Shown here piece by piece: positions 1 through 10,335 of a stretch of DNA of 64,000 bases (position 1 is its first letter; each line of letters opens with the position of its first letter). The DNA comes from Candidatus Latescibacterota bacterium (GTDB lineage Bacteria > Latescibacterota > UBA2968 > UBA8231). The translations under genes were made by a program, and so were the position numbers. The stretch covers positions 1,376,001 to 1,440,000 of the forward strand of contig CBDAOB010000005.1 of the NCBI GenBank assembly GCA_965197905.1, read 5' to 3'. Below the pieces are notes generated by a model. That model was given only the letters and a program-made list of their open reading frames with translations, was not told where the DNA came from and did not search any database.

Positions 1-20
1 GGTAAAAGGCTTGCCCGGCA

Positions 21-962
21 CTAGCCCGGAAACTGATCGATGCTTGCCAGGGCGCGCGAGATGCGCCGACGGAGTGCTGCCACCTTTTCGTCGTTCCATT
101 CGTAGAACCCCTGTCCCGACTTTATGCCGAGGTTTCCTCGCTCGACCATCTTACTCACCAGCCCCGGGGTCTCTCTTCCAGTCTCCAGGTCGGGAAAGAG
201 TTGGTCGATGATCGCCGAAATCGTGTCCCAGCCCGCGATGTCGAAGACCTCCAGGGGGCCCGCCACCGCGAGCCGTCTCCCGAAGCTGGTCTTGACCACC
301 GTGTCCACATCTTCGGCTGAGGCAATCCCCTGCTGCACGATGGACAGTGCCTCGCGCAGGAGGGCGAACTGCATCCGGTTGCCGATGAACCCCAGCGACT
401 CCTTCTGGAGCACGACGGGCTTCTTGCCCAGCTTGGAAAACACCCCTGTCGTGATGTTGATGGTCATGTCGCTGGTTTCCGGCCCACGGACGACCTCAAT
501 GAGGGGCAGCAAGTAGGGCGGATTCCACCAGTTCGCAACGACGACTTTGTCCGGTCGATTCGTTGATGGCGCGAGCTGGCTGGTCATGAAGGACGACGTG
601 TTGCTGGTCAAGACGGCGTGCTCCGGGGCGAAGCGGTCGAGGTCAGTGACGACGCTCTGCTTGAGCGGCAGGTCCTCGAACACGGCCTCCACCAGAAAGT
701 CCACGTCGGCAACCGCGTTGGCGAGGGAGGTACTGGTGTGGATGCGGTCGGGCGCCGACGCTGCTGTTTGCTGGTCAACAAGCCCCAGCTCCGCCAGCAC
801 ATCGAGAGAGTTCCGGACGTTGTCCATGGCCCGCCGGAGATTGTCGTCGGTGGTGTCGACCACCGCAACATCGTAGCCGCCAATCGCAAATTGCAGAGCG
901 ATGCCGTGGCCCATGAGGCCCGCGCCGATAACACCGATTCGTCGTACGTCTTCAGCGTTCAT
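21..962 (-). CDS. 3-hydroxyacyl-CoA (3-hydroxybutyryl-CoA) dehydrogenase family protein
   Basis: Rossmann motif GAGLMGHGIA, EAVFEDL, SNTSS, WNPPYL, GFIGNRMQ, GIKSGQGFY. Confidence 0.9.
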   Translation of the reverse strand: MNAEDVRRIGVIGAGLMGHGIALQFAIGGYDVAVVDTTDDNLRRAMDNVRNSLDVLAELGLVDQQTAASAPDRIHTSTSLANAVADVDFLVEAVFEDLPLKQSVVTDLDRFAPEHAVLTSNTSSFMTSQLAPSTNRPDKVVVANWWNPPYLLPLIEVVRGPETSDMTINITTGVFSKLGKKPVVLQKESLGFIGNRMQFALLREALSIVQQGIASAEDVDTVVKTSFGRRLAVAGPLEVFDIAGWDTISAIIDQLFPDLETGRETPGLVSKMVERGNLGIKSGQGFYEWNDEKVAALRRRISRALASIDQFPG

Positions 963-1279
963 ATTCGTGGAGTCCCTCCAAGGTGTTCCCGGTTGCTGCC
1001 AAGCATTTCAATTTGTTGAGCTAACCATTTGTTGTGTGACCGAGTCCAAAGGCAACCAATTAGGCAAAACGTGATAGCGCCCGCAATTATACCCGAAACG
1101 CAAGCCTCAACCGAGAAATTACTAACGCACCAATGAAAAAAAGTGGGTAGTCCAAAAAGAATTGGTGTTGCCGAACAGCCAACATAGAACAATACGACCT
1201 GTTTGGTTGTTCCCTGTCCCTCAACGCTAATCGTGTTGCCAAAGTCTGCAAGGTAGACCCAAAATAAATGGGGGACCAC
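959..1279 (-). CDS. Small hydrophobic hypothetical protein, AT-rich, possibly a fragment
   Basis: 106-aa ORF with hydrophobic stretches in a visibly lower-GC segment. Confidence 0.35.
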   Translation of the reverse strand: MVPHLFWVYLADFGNTISVEGQGTTKQVVLFYVGCSATPILFGLPTFFHWCVSNFSVEACVSGIIAGAITFCLIGCLWTRSHNKWLAQQIEMLGSNREHLGGTPRI

Positions 1280-1392
1280 ATGAAGCGGGTGCTTATCGCG
1301 GCGTTGTTGTTGGCGACAGTGGTAGAGTCTGATGGTAAAGAGGAATGGGAAATCGCAAGTCTAAAGCGGGATCAGGGCGGCTAGCCTTTCAA

Positions 1393-2553
1393 TCAACGCT
1401 TGCTCCTGGCGCGGCTGCTCTCCCATTCCTCCATGCTCATCGCGCCGGCGACCACGTGGCTGTTGTCGCCGATGCGATCCGGCTCGCGCAGCGCCGGCTG
1501 GTCGACGAACCGGGAGCGGGCCGCCTTGTGCTGGTTCTCGGGCTGCAGGACGTCCTCCTCGCCTTCGGCGATGTGCCGGTACAGCAGCTTCAGCTCCGGG
1601 GAAAACCTTGAGTACACCTCCCGCGGCACGTACGTCCTGAGCGCGTGGCCGCCCGAGTGCACGTTGACGAACTCGTTACCCGACAGCCACCACGGCGCGT
1701 AACGGCACACAACCGTCGTGCGCTCGTGCTCGCTCTGGTTGACAGCGCGCGAGTGCCAGAGCCGCGTGTCCTGCATAAAGACCGAGCCCGCGGGCGCCGA
1801 GATTTGGAACTCGCCCGGGATCGGCGCTCGTTCGTCGATCCCGTCATCGGGGCCGCGCGGGTTGCGCGGGTCTTTGTGCGACCCAGGAACAACCCACGTG
1901 CCGCCATTATACGGGGTCACCTCCTCCGGACCGAGGTACCAAATCGCGGTCAGCGCCATGCAGACATCGGGGAATGGCTGGGCGACCGCGCCGGCGAGAT
2001 TCCACTCCTCACCGGTCGTCCGGTACGCAGCCAGATCATGCGGCCAGTCGGAATGCCAGCGGCGACGCAGCAGTTGCTCCTCGGAGAACGCCTCCCCCGT
2101 CGGCTTCGAGACGCCGAGGCTAGCGGTGACCTCCGTCTGCAAAATGCGGACGTGCGTATCGAGCATCGCCTTGGCTACCCGGAGCACGCGCGGCTCCACG
2201 AGGTGCTCGGCGAAGGTCTCGTTCCGCGCGATGTCGCAGAGCTCGGCGTGGGGCGCCATCGGCGACCGCACAGGACCGCTGCCAGGCTGGAAGTCGGGAT
2301 TTCTGCGGCGTTCCAGCTCTATGCGTTTGCTCTGCTCCGCCTCGCGGTCCTGCTGCAACAGCCGGCGTCCCCGGTACACGCTCTCGCACACCGTGCTGAC
2401 TTGGTCCTCGGGGATCACCCTCTCGACGACGCAGAAACCCTGGACTCGCAGCGATTGCAGGTACCCCTCGATCTCCGCATCACCACCTTTGGGGATACCC
2501 GTAGCGATGGAGTAGGGGAGTCGAAGTCGATCATCAAGATTTAACCCTGTCAT
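1393..2553 (-). CDS. Phytanoyl-CoA dioxygenase (PhyH) family Fe(II)/2OG oxygenase
   Basis: QGFCVVERVI, WHSDWPH (HxD), NGGTWVVPGSH, DTRLWH. Confidence 0.88.
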   Translation of the reverse strand: MTGLNLDDRLRLPYSIATGIPKGGDAEIEGYLQSLRVQGFCVVERVIPEDQVSTVCESVYRGRRLLQQDREAEQSKRIELERRRNPDFQPGSGPVRSPMAPHAELCDIARNETFAEHLVEPRVLRVAKAMLDTHVRILQTEVTASLGVSKPTGEAFSEEQLLRRRWHSDWPHDLAAYRTTGEEWNLAGAVAQPFPDVCMALTAIWYLGPEEVTPYNGGTWVVPGSHKDPRNPRGPDDGIDERAPIPGEFQISAPAGSVFMQDTRLWHSRAVNQSEHERTTVVCRYAPWWLSGNEFVNVHSGGHALRTYVPREVYSRFSPELKLLYRHIAEGEEDVLQPENQHKAARSRFVDQPALREPDRIGDNSHVVAGAMSMEEWESSRARSKR

Positions 2554-3131
2554 CTCAATTTACCTTTGTCACGCCGCCGGCCGCGGCGGTCGGATTTTAG
2601 TCGGCATGGTTTAGATAATATAGCAGCTGGTTTGATCCTGGTCACGGTACGGACGCCGCTGCTGGCTCTTGGAGCAGGCGCTGGCCTGCCATCTCCGCCC
2701 CGCCAGAACCGCTTGTAGCGCCACAATTTCGGCCGCCAGCATCTCCTTGACTTCATCCAGTGCTCGGGGGTATTGCGGTACCAGACTTCGTAGGTCAGTC
2801 ATGGTGCACAGGTTCGACGGTCGGTCGCCTGCCTTTGTCAGCGTGCTCTGGCAAAGTTCGTGCTTTTATCATGATTTCCCGTGCCAGGTCTTCGGCTTCA
2901 ATCAACGTGATGTCGCCGTAGCAATAGTCGGCCTCGATCTTCGGGCAAAGTTTTCGATCGGGCACTGCTGCCCGTCGCCAGTCTGCGGTTGAAGGCTCAG
3001 AGCGTGTGCCATTGCATCGCGCCATACGATTGACACGCGACCAATGAAATAATTGATTGTTGTGAAAACGAGAAATGCGACGAGAGGCGTCTTTTTAGGG
3101 AACTCGCGTCCTTACGAAAGGAGAGCCAACG

Positions 3132-6100
3132 GTGGGCTTTTCTCATTTGCTTCGGGGGTGCTTGCCACGTCGGTCGCTGTGCGCCCTGGTTCTTGCTACA
3201 ACAGCCTGGGCCCCAAGTGGGGAGGCGCAGGAATACCCCTGGAAACATGTAAACGACGCCCAGTCGGCGCGGCCATTGCTGCGTTGGGAGCGGCCCACCT
3301 ACTCGAACTACGCTCACCAGAATTTCAACAACTACCAAGACCACTCCGCCCCCTACGAAGATTCGCCGCGGGCGTACTACGGATCGATGGGGAATTATCT
3401 CATTTCGGGGTATCCATTGTACGAATGGAGGGAAGAACGCACTCCTGGTCATGAGTGGACCAGTACCATTTTCAAACATTCCGGACAGGGTTTGGGACCC
3501 AATGGCCCCTGGGTGACCATTTTCGACAGCATGGTCATGGCCCGGGACGGCTACGGGGACTGGGGCTACTCCCTGGTCGCCGGGGACGGGCTGATAGCGC
3601 GTTTCTCACCATTGGTGCTGTCCATGGTCGACCTGAACGGGGTGCGCATGGATGTGGCGGTTCCGAATCTGCGTTTTACCGGTATCGCGTCGCGCATCGA
3701 ACGCCCCAAGATCTACACCGAGACCCCGGAGCCATGGGCGTTCGAGAAGTTCCACCTCGCCGACGATTCCACCCTCTTGCTGGGGGGGCGCGCCCTGTTC
3801 GACCTGAGCCGTCTACAGCTGGGTTTCAGTGGCGCCAACATTCATATCTATCGCAGCACCGAACCGGGCAACAGCCTCAAGGGTCGATTGCGCCCGGGAC
3901 AGCCCGCGATCGAATGGCTGCTGGTCCGGTTCTCCGATGACTCCCCTGAGGACGGTATCGCGGGGGCGCTGGTGCAGGAAGTACAACTGGTGGTGAACGG
4001 GGAGGCGCGCCCCGACCTGGTGCCCCGCGTCGTGTCTCATCAGGAAGGAATAACACCGCAGGTGGGTCGTTTTTCTTCCGCCACAGGCCTTTTTCAGCCG
4101 GTCGACTACACCAACACCGGCGGTTCCAAACTCTTCTACCGCGGACGCCGGGACCTTCCCCTCTACTCGGACTACCTGTATCGTCTCGACCACGACGCCG
4201 ACATCGACATAAGCGATGTCGCCAACATACCCGGGTTGGTGAGCGGAATCTCCGTACTCCGACCAGGCGACCTCGTGCGCGCCGACGGTGACGGCCAGGT
4301 GATTTACCTCTTCGACATGACCGGGGAACAGACGATAGAGTCGGTGAAGGTGGAGGCCCTGGTCGGCAACGACTTCCGAGTCGACGTGGCGCACCTGAAT
4401 ACCGTCAATACTCGCGGGCGCACCTACCATCAGCAGTTCCAGAGCACCTTCTATCGCACCGTAGCGCGGTCGAAGGGAAATGTCCAGGATGTGGGCAATC
4501 TGAAACGGCGGCGCTTCAGTGTGAGCGAAGACACCGGGCTGTTCACCTATGGCAGCGATCTGCGTCTGGCGATTCCGGGCATGGAGATCACCGCCGAGTA
4601 CGCCGGCTCAGCCCGGTATGGCCGCTATCCCGCACTCATGGAAGGGGAGAACGACTTTCGCGCCGGACCGCGTTCGGTGGAGCGGGGCTCGGCCTTCTTC
4701 GTCAACGCCAGCCACTGGTTGTCCCGCGGCCGGATCGGGGGCGAGTACTTCCGCATCGGTCCGAGCTTCCGCACTGAGATGCGCAACTACCTAAGCGAAG
4801 CCGGCCTCGGCAATACCAACCTGCAGCATATAACCAACAGGACCGTCTACTGGGACCTGGTGCAAGACAACGACGATGGCGATCGCTTTCCCGACAAGCG
4901 GGCGGGCAATCTCGCCGGGTTTCCCAACGATGCGTCCCCGCGACGAGACGATCGAGGCGCTAACCGAGACGACGACGATCTGGATGGCGTCACCCTGGGT
5001 CAGGACGCCGACAACGACGGCTTTCCCGACGTCAATCGGAACGGCGACCTGGTTCCCGATTTCGAAGAGCCGTTCCTCATGTACGAGGTGGAGCCGAACA
5101 AGTATGTCTACGGCCCGGATCGGAACAACAACAACGAACCAGACCTGCGGGAGGACGATATCGATCCAGATTATCCGTACGACCTCGATAACAAAGGGTT
5201 TCACCTCTTCGGGCAGGTGGATCTGAGTCGGCACTGGTCACTCGCCGTGGGACACTACGACGTGGAGCAGATCGCCGGCGCCGGCCGCAACCGATCCACT
5301 TATTCGCTGCTCACCTACCAGCGGTTGGGTAGGAATTGGCTGCCCCAACTGCTCTTCGAAAATAATCTCCGGCGCGTGCGGGACGATATTCCGGACGAAT
5401 ACCTCGCCCTGGATGAGATTCCGGCGCGGAACTTCACATTCAACGCTAGAGGACTCAGGATAGAACAAAGCGTAGCCGGCAAGCAGGACGGCCCCCCGAT
5501 CTTCGGAACTCGCTTCGTGCCCGACCTGGTGGAATACCAGGACAGCTTCGTGAACGAGGCGTACCTGGAAGCCCGTGTGACGCCGGTACCGGGGTTGAAC
5601 CTGCACCAGAAGATGCGCTGGCGCTTGAATTGGCAGCAAGGTGGGCAGTTGCGCCCGGGTATTTTCCAGCTCGAGCGCCGGGTCGATCTGTGGACTTGGG
5701 TGAGCCGCATCGACTACGCCCTGCAGCTGGGACGCGTGACCGTTATACCCCAGTACAAATACATGCTCTTCCGGCTGCACGACCAGGAAAGGGACCGGGG
5801 CATCGAGTTCGAGACCCGATCTATTCCGATCCTGCGCGTCGAATATCCCTTCTTGCCCCGCACCGTCCTCCGGGCCGGCTTCCAGGGAGTCGGTCCGTTG
5901 CCGTACCGATCAAAGGACCGCCTCGCCGGCCGGAAGAGCTTCGAGCAGCGGACCGCCTTCCTGACCGCGACGAACCGGTCGAAATACTTCGGCTACGACC
6001 TGGTCACTGTCGTCGGTCTCAATAGAGACCGACGCACCTTCGACGACCCGGCTCAGGAGCTCAACGAGTTCGATGTCTGGTCCTTCTTCGTTCGTGGGTT

Positions 6101-6134
6101 AATCGGATTTACCGAATACGGCCGGCCGATATAG
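3132..6134 (+). CDS. Large secreted/outer-membrane hypothetical protein with DxDxDG-type Ca-binding motifs
   Basis: 1000-aa ORF, signal-peptide-like N-terminus, motifs DNDDGDRFPD, DADNDGFPD, NRNGDLVPD, DRNNNNEPD, amphipathic strand-rich C-terminus. Confidence 0.8.
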   Translation: MGFSHLLRGCLPRRSLCALVLATTAWAPSGEAQEYPWKHVNDAQSARPLLRWERPTYSNYAHQNFNNYQDHSAPYEDSPRAYYGSMGNYLISGYPLYEWREERTPGHEWTSTIFKHSGQGLGPNGPWVTIFDSMVMARDGYGDWGYSLVAGDGLIARFSPLVLSMVDLNGVRMDVAVPNLRFTGIASRIERPKIYTETPEPWAFEKFHLADDSTLLLGGRALFDLSRLQLGFSGANIHIYRSTEPGNSLKGRLRPGQPAIEWLLVRFSDDSPEDGIAGALVQEVQLVVNGEARPDLVPRVVSHQEGITPQVGRFSSATGLFQPVDYTNTGGSKLFYRGRRDLPLYSDYLYRLDHDADIDISDVANIPGLVSGISVLRPGDLVRADGDGQVIYLFDMTGEQTIESVKVEALVGNDFRVDVAHLNTVNTRGRTYHQQFQSTFYRTVARSKGNVQDVGNLKRRRFSVSEDTGLFTYGSDLRLAIPGMEITAEYAGSARYGRYPALMEGENDFRAGPRSVERGSAFFVNASHWLSRGRIGGEYFRIGPSFRTEMRNYLSEAGLGNTNLQHITNRTVYWDLVQDNDDGDRFPDKRAGNLAGFPNDASPRRDDRGANRDDDDLDGVTLGQDADNDGFPDVNRNGDLVPDFEEPFLMYEVEPNKYVYGPDRNNNNEPDLREDDIDPDYPYDLDNKGFHLFGQVDLSRHWSLAVGHYDVEQIAGAGRNRSTYSLLTYQRLGRNWLPQLLFENNLRRVRDDIPDEYLALDEIPARNFTFNARGLRIEQSVAGKQDGPPIFGTRFVPDLVEYQDSFVNEAYLEARVTPVPGLNLHQKMRWRLNWQQGGQLRPGIFQLERRVDLWTWVSRIDYALQLGRVTVIPQYKYMLFRLHDQERDRGIEFETRSIPILRVEYPFLPRTVLRAGFQGVGPLPYRSKDRLAGRKSFEQRTAFLTATNRSKYFGYDLVTVVGLNRDRRTFDDPAQELNEFDVWSFFVRGLIGFTEYGRPI

Positions 6135-6154
6135 TTCGATACGAGAGGAACAGG

Positions 6155-6418
6155 ATGAATCAGTTCAAGGGTGTGTTCCCGGCGACCATTACGCCGATGC
6201 AGGCGGATGGCCGTTTCGACGAACAGGCGTTTCGCCAAGTCCTCGAGTACAACGTCGCCGCCGGCGTCCACGGCTTCTGGCTGGCCGGCGGCACCGGTGA
6301 AAGCGTGTACCTCGACGATGACGAAAACAGGCGCATCGCCGAAACGCGGCAGCCTAAAGAGCAGACGTACGAAGAGTGGCTACAGGAGAGCTTCGAGATC
6401 GAGAAAAGCCGCTTCTAA
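6155..6418 (+). pseudogene. Truncated dihydrodipicolinate synthase/N-acetylneuraminate lyase family gene fused to an unrelated tail
   Basis: FKGVFPATITP...GVHGFWLAGGTGES; family-like sequence stops near aa 63; only 87 aa versus ~300 expected. Confidence 0.8.
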
Positions 6419-6800
6419 GCGGCCTTCTGAGCCCTTACACACCCCCATTTGGAGCACCTCCTCCCACTACGAGCCACCCTTTTATCTAACCGATCCCATA
6501 CCCTCATATCGGCCTATACCACTACCGATAAGCGTTATTATCAATAGTCTGATCGGAGGGTCTAAGCTATGGGCCCAGGGGACTGGATGGCCTCAACTGG
6601 TACCTGGGCCCTGAACCTGGGGAGGTGAACCCGAAACCGGGGTAGGGTCCCCTGGGGTAGGCGCACATATCCCCGCCCATACCGACGCCAAATACAGCCC
6701 TTCAGCTTCACAGGTGTCCAATCGGTTCCTTGGTGGAGCCGTCAAATCACCGTACCATAGCGGCACCACGCAGAGTACGTCCTGTTCACAAGAGAACCAA

Positions 6801-8828
6801 ATGAGTGAAGCGAATAAAAAAGCCTCGACCAACCGTCTGACTCGCCTGCGGGCTGTAGCGTGGGCGTGGTATGGGTTGGCAGCATTCGTTGTGTGGCTCG
6901 TCATCGACTTGACCGTCAAGCAGGCGCAGAAGGACAGCTTTCCAGAAGACCTTGGCCAGTTCGTCTTCCTCTCTATTCTGTTCCTTTTTAACAGTGGCCT
7001 GCTTTGCGTTGTTGCACGGGGTATACAGCGCTACAGCAAGTTCGCGTGGAGTCTGATCGTCGGTCTAAGCGCACAGGGCGCGCTTGCTTGCGTTGTCCTG
7101 CCGTTCACCGACGTTCCACCCCCGAATTGGCTGCACGTCTTTGCTATAGGTTTGGTGTTTTCTGTCTTCTCGCTGGTCGTGCTACTCACTAAGGAAGTGC
7201 GTTCGCGAGTTTGGCAACCGGCTGCATCCGAATCGACCGATTCTTCGGAGAAGGCTTCTCTCTCGGGCGGCTCACCAGAAGATATGGTGATCAAGCTTGT
7301 CTCGATGATTCTGGTCGGCGCCGTGTTTTTGTTCGCCCGCAGCCATGAACTTCCTCCGCACTGGATGCGCGGAATTCTCCTTGGGCTATTGGCCATAGCC
7401 GCAGTTGCGGCGTTGCCGTTCCTATACATAAGAAAAGACCTGGCGACCCGCCTGCTGGGAATGCTGGCGGCAGCGTGCGCGATCGCCTACTTCCGACTCA
7501 AGGTGCAAGCGATGGTGGAGCTGAACTCTTGGGTCTCGCTGCTCGACAACCGACTTTTCGTGTACACTGCGGGCGTGGTGATGGCCCTGGCTGTCTTTCA
7601 CATGGCCATCCACCTGTTTGGCCGGAACAAAACTGACACGGGCAACGCGTCTTATACGATGACGGTTCTGCTGGCGGCGATGCTGTGTTCGATGTTCTCG
7701 GTCGCGGGCGCGACGAGCTTGGCTGTTGTGGTGCTGACCGGCTTCGGGGCTGCCTTCCTCTATGGCTTGTACGCTGGCTTCGTTCAGACTGGGCGCCGCT
7801 GGCTTCGAGTCGGCCACGGTGTGGCAGTTGGTGCCCTCCTGTTATGGGAACTGTCTCTGACCCTTTACCTGGCCCCCTTTACCCTTATCGCTCTGGCGAC
7901 GGTGCAGGTATGGGGGGTGAGCCGTAAGGTGGACGGGTCCGGTATCCTGTCCATCGGGGTGATCGGTTACGTCCTGGCGGGCATCTGGTCGCTCCTACCG
8001 GTAGAGTTTCTCGGGGATCTCGGTTTTCTCTACGGCACGGTCGTGTTTACGGGATCTATGTCTGTCTTCATGGCCCGCACATTTGTCCGCACATTGTCGG
8101 ACAACGCACGGAAGACACAGGAGTTGGAGGAGGCACGCAGATTGCAGCTGTCCCTGCTTCCTGACGCGGTACCAACTACGCCAGGCGTCGAAATTGCCTG
8201 GCACATGGAAACAGCAACCGAAGTAGGCGGCGACTACTACGACTATTCCATTTCCGATGATGGCACGCTAACTCGTTGTGTTGGCGATGCTACCGGCCAC
8301 GGGATGGATTCGGGAGTGATCGTGACCGGAACCAAGTCTCTCTTTCAGACTTTTGCTGACGCACCATCTATTACGGACTCACTGACAGTTATGTCGCGGT
8401 CCCTGAAGGGAATGGATCTCCCCCGTATGGGTATGGCGATGACGCTTCTCAGGATGAAGGAATCGACTTGCAGGGTGTCATCAGCCGGGATGCCTCCCGT
8501 CCTGATCTATCGCGCAAGCAGTAGGGAAGTGGAGGAGATTGATGTCTCTGGATACCCACTTGGCATGTCGGATAAGGCAACATACCAAGAGGAGACCTTC
8601 GAGGTTTCGTCTGGCGATGTGATCCTGATGATGAGCGACGGGTTACCGGAGCGTCTGAACCCGCAGGACGAATACTTCGACTACGACCGCACGAAGGCTG
8701 TGTTTGCCGAAGCAGCAACCGGCACCCCAGAGGAGTTGTGCGACGGGATGCTACAGAGTGCGGAAGAATGGGCAGACGGCAGGCCTCAAGACGACGACAT
8801 CACCTTGGTGGCATTGAAGGCGAAGTAA
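6801..8828 (+). CDS. Membrane-bound SpoIIE/RsbU-type PP2C serine phosphatase
   Basis: Many TM segments, then VGGDYYD, GDATGHG, SDG and DDIT motifs; ATG at 6801 chosen as start. Confidence 0.9.
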   Translation: MSEANKKASTNRLTRLRAVAWAWYGLAAFVVWLVIDLTVKQAQKDSFPEDLGQFVFLSILFLFNSGLLCVVARGIQRYSKFAWSLIVGLSAQGALACVVLPFTDVPPPNWLHVFAIGLVFSVFSLVVLLTKEVRSRVWQPAASESTDSSEKASLSGGSPEDMVIKLVSMILVGAVFLFARSHELPPHWMRGILLGLLAIAAVAALPFLYIRKDLATRLLGMLAAACAIAYFRLKVQAMVELNSWVSLLDNRLFVYTAGVVMALAVFHMAIHLFGRNKTDTGNASYTMTVLLAAMLCSMFSVAGATSLAVVVLTGFGAAFLYGLYAGFVQTGRRWLRVGHGVAVGALLLWELSLTLYLAPFTLIALATVQVWGVSRKVDGSGILSIGVIGYVLAGIWSLLPVEFLGDLGFLYGTVVFTGSMSVFMARTFVRTLSDNARKTQELEEARRLQLSLLPDAVPTTPGVEIAWHMETATEVGGDYYDYSISDDGTLTRCVGDATGHGMDSGVIVTGTKSLFQTFADAPSITDSLTVMSRSLKGMDLPRMGMAMTLLRMKESTCRVSSAGMPPVLIYRASSREVEEIDVSGYPLGMSDKATYQEETFEVSSGDVILMMSDGLPERLNPQDEYFDYDRTKAVFAEAATGTPEELCDGMLQSAEEWADGRPQDDDITLVALKAK

Positions 8829-8831
8829 CAA

Positions 8832-8990
8832 ATGGGACTCCTCATACTACTGCTCGTTCTCGTTGGCGGTCTCTGCCACTGGTGGATTTACGAGAACCTC
8901 CATACCCCCCGTTGGAATAGCACCCTCTGGCCTGTGCTCCTGATAGGCGGCCTACTTTGCGGCATCCCTCTCGCTCTATTCTACCAGTAG
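8832..8990 (+). CDS. Putative 52-aa two-TM small membrane protein
   Basis: MGLLILLLVLVGGLCHWW...LWPVLLIGGLLCGIPLALFYQ*, starting 3 nt after the SpoIIE stop; below the ORF-track cutoff. Confidence 0.4.
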   Translation: MGLLILLLVLVGGLCHWWIYENLHTPRWNSTLWPVLLIGGLLCGIPLALFYQ

Positions 8991-9185
8991 GCTCGCTGGG
9001 CTGAGTCACCGCACGTACCAGTACCAGGTGGTTCCCAAACCTTGGTCAGTTTTGGCGCCATTTCGTCATTCGCTGAGCAGCAACAAGACGCCTTAGCCAC
9101 GTCCAACGTCGAGGTGCACTGGGTCGTTGAGATCGAACGCGCAGAAACACCACCGACCATCGACGCGGAAGGTTCTCACGATACT

Positions 9186-9484
9186 TCAACGGTATGAGGA
9201 TGCACTGAATGCACTTAGCAAGTGCCTTGCGCTCGACCCGAACCATGCTGACGCTTGGCGTCTCAAGGGATCCACTCTTTTTTGATTTAGGTCGTCGCGA
9301 GGAAGCCAGGGAAGCGTATGACCTTTGAACAGTGTCCACCACCACTCATAACTTCGGAATCTTTGATAAGTGAGGCGCGGATGGTTTCGATTTGCTCGTC
9401 TGAAAGACGGTGACTTTCCGACCACGCCGTCAATATCGCATCCAATGCTTGAGCCGCATTTTGTGGGATAGCTGAATTCGTCAT
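9186..9484 (-). pseudogene. Small protein downstream of the ECF sigma (possible anti-sigma), apparently frameshifted near 9350
   Basis: MTNSAIPQ...IKDSE frame appears to continue in a second frame SYEWWWTLFKG. Confidence 0.4.
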
Positions 9485-9485
9485 G

Positions 9486-9960
9486 TCAAACCTGTCGACT
9501 ATTCTCCATCGTCTCATGTAATCGAAGTTTTTCTACCAGTGTCCTTCGAGCCAATGATAGTTTGTAGCGAACGGTGCCGGCGGGAATTTCTAAAAGTTGG
9601 GCAATCTTTGTGCTCGACATTTCCCCTACAACAGTCATAAGCAGGACCGTACGTTGGTCCTCCGGAAGGTCTCTTATGGCAGTATCTGCCAGGGCTAGTT
9701 GTTCCTTAGCTGGCAATACGGTTTGTGCGTCACTTAAGGGTAGGGGCATCTCACGCGCACGTTGTCCCAGCGCTCTTTTTGCGACTGATTCCCTGGCTTG
9801 ATTCCGGTAGTAGTCAATTAGAATATTTCGTGCAATAGAAAACACCCACGGTCCCAATTGCTCTGTCTTTAGATCTGCGATCCTATGAATACTGCGCCAG
9901 ACGCGAAGAAACGTATCCTGGAGAAGATCCAGAGCGACTTGAGGATTTCCCGTGGGTGCT
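9486..9960 (-). pseudogene. 5'-truncated ECF sigma-70 factor
   Basis: ALDLLQDTFLRVW, WVFSIARN, LPEDQR, IAQLLEIPAGTVRYKLSLAR; N-terminal start of region 2 missing. Confidence 0.8.
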
Positions 9961-10100
9961 CTGATGGATCCGCAGGCAACGCAGGCCACGGGGTCGGGAT
10001 GCTGCTCAGTGGGGGAGGCGGGACCGTGGGGGGCACTGCGGGAACGTTACTGTTGATCCCGTACCTTGGGAACCGGGGCGAGCGCAACGGTGGCAGAGAC

Positions 10101-10211
10101 CGCCTGCGGGCGTTGGAAGAAGATGGACGAGATCATTCACCGCAGCAGGAGACCAATCAGCTGCTTTCTAAATTGGCGGGGTATCTCGAAGGTGTCATGT
10201 CAAGGGCTTAG
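10101..10211 (+). repeat. Copy 1 of a ~110-bp diverged direct repeat encoding a gene 3' end
   Basis: gaagatggacgagatcattca...gagaccaatcagctgct...ggcggggtatct.gaagg.gtcatg also found at 11181-11290. Confidence 0.9.
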
Positions 10212-10335
10212 GAGGGGACGCAAGTTTAGGACATGGCCGTCGCGAGGTATGCGGATCTGAGGACGTTGACAATTTCCCATTACCGATACGTTCTCCCCAA
10301 TTCATTCTTCTTAGCGAAGACGCTGAGGCGCGCTG

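Noticed and set aside
2611..3025. Two small overlapping minus-strand ORFs as a toxin-antitoxin pair
   Set aside because: No recognisable TA motifs; treated as spacer debris
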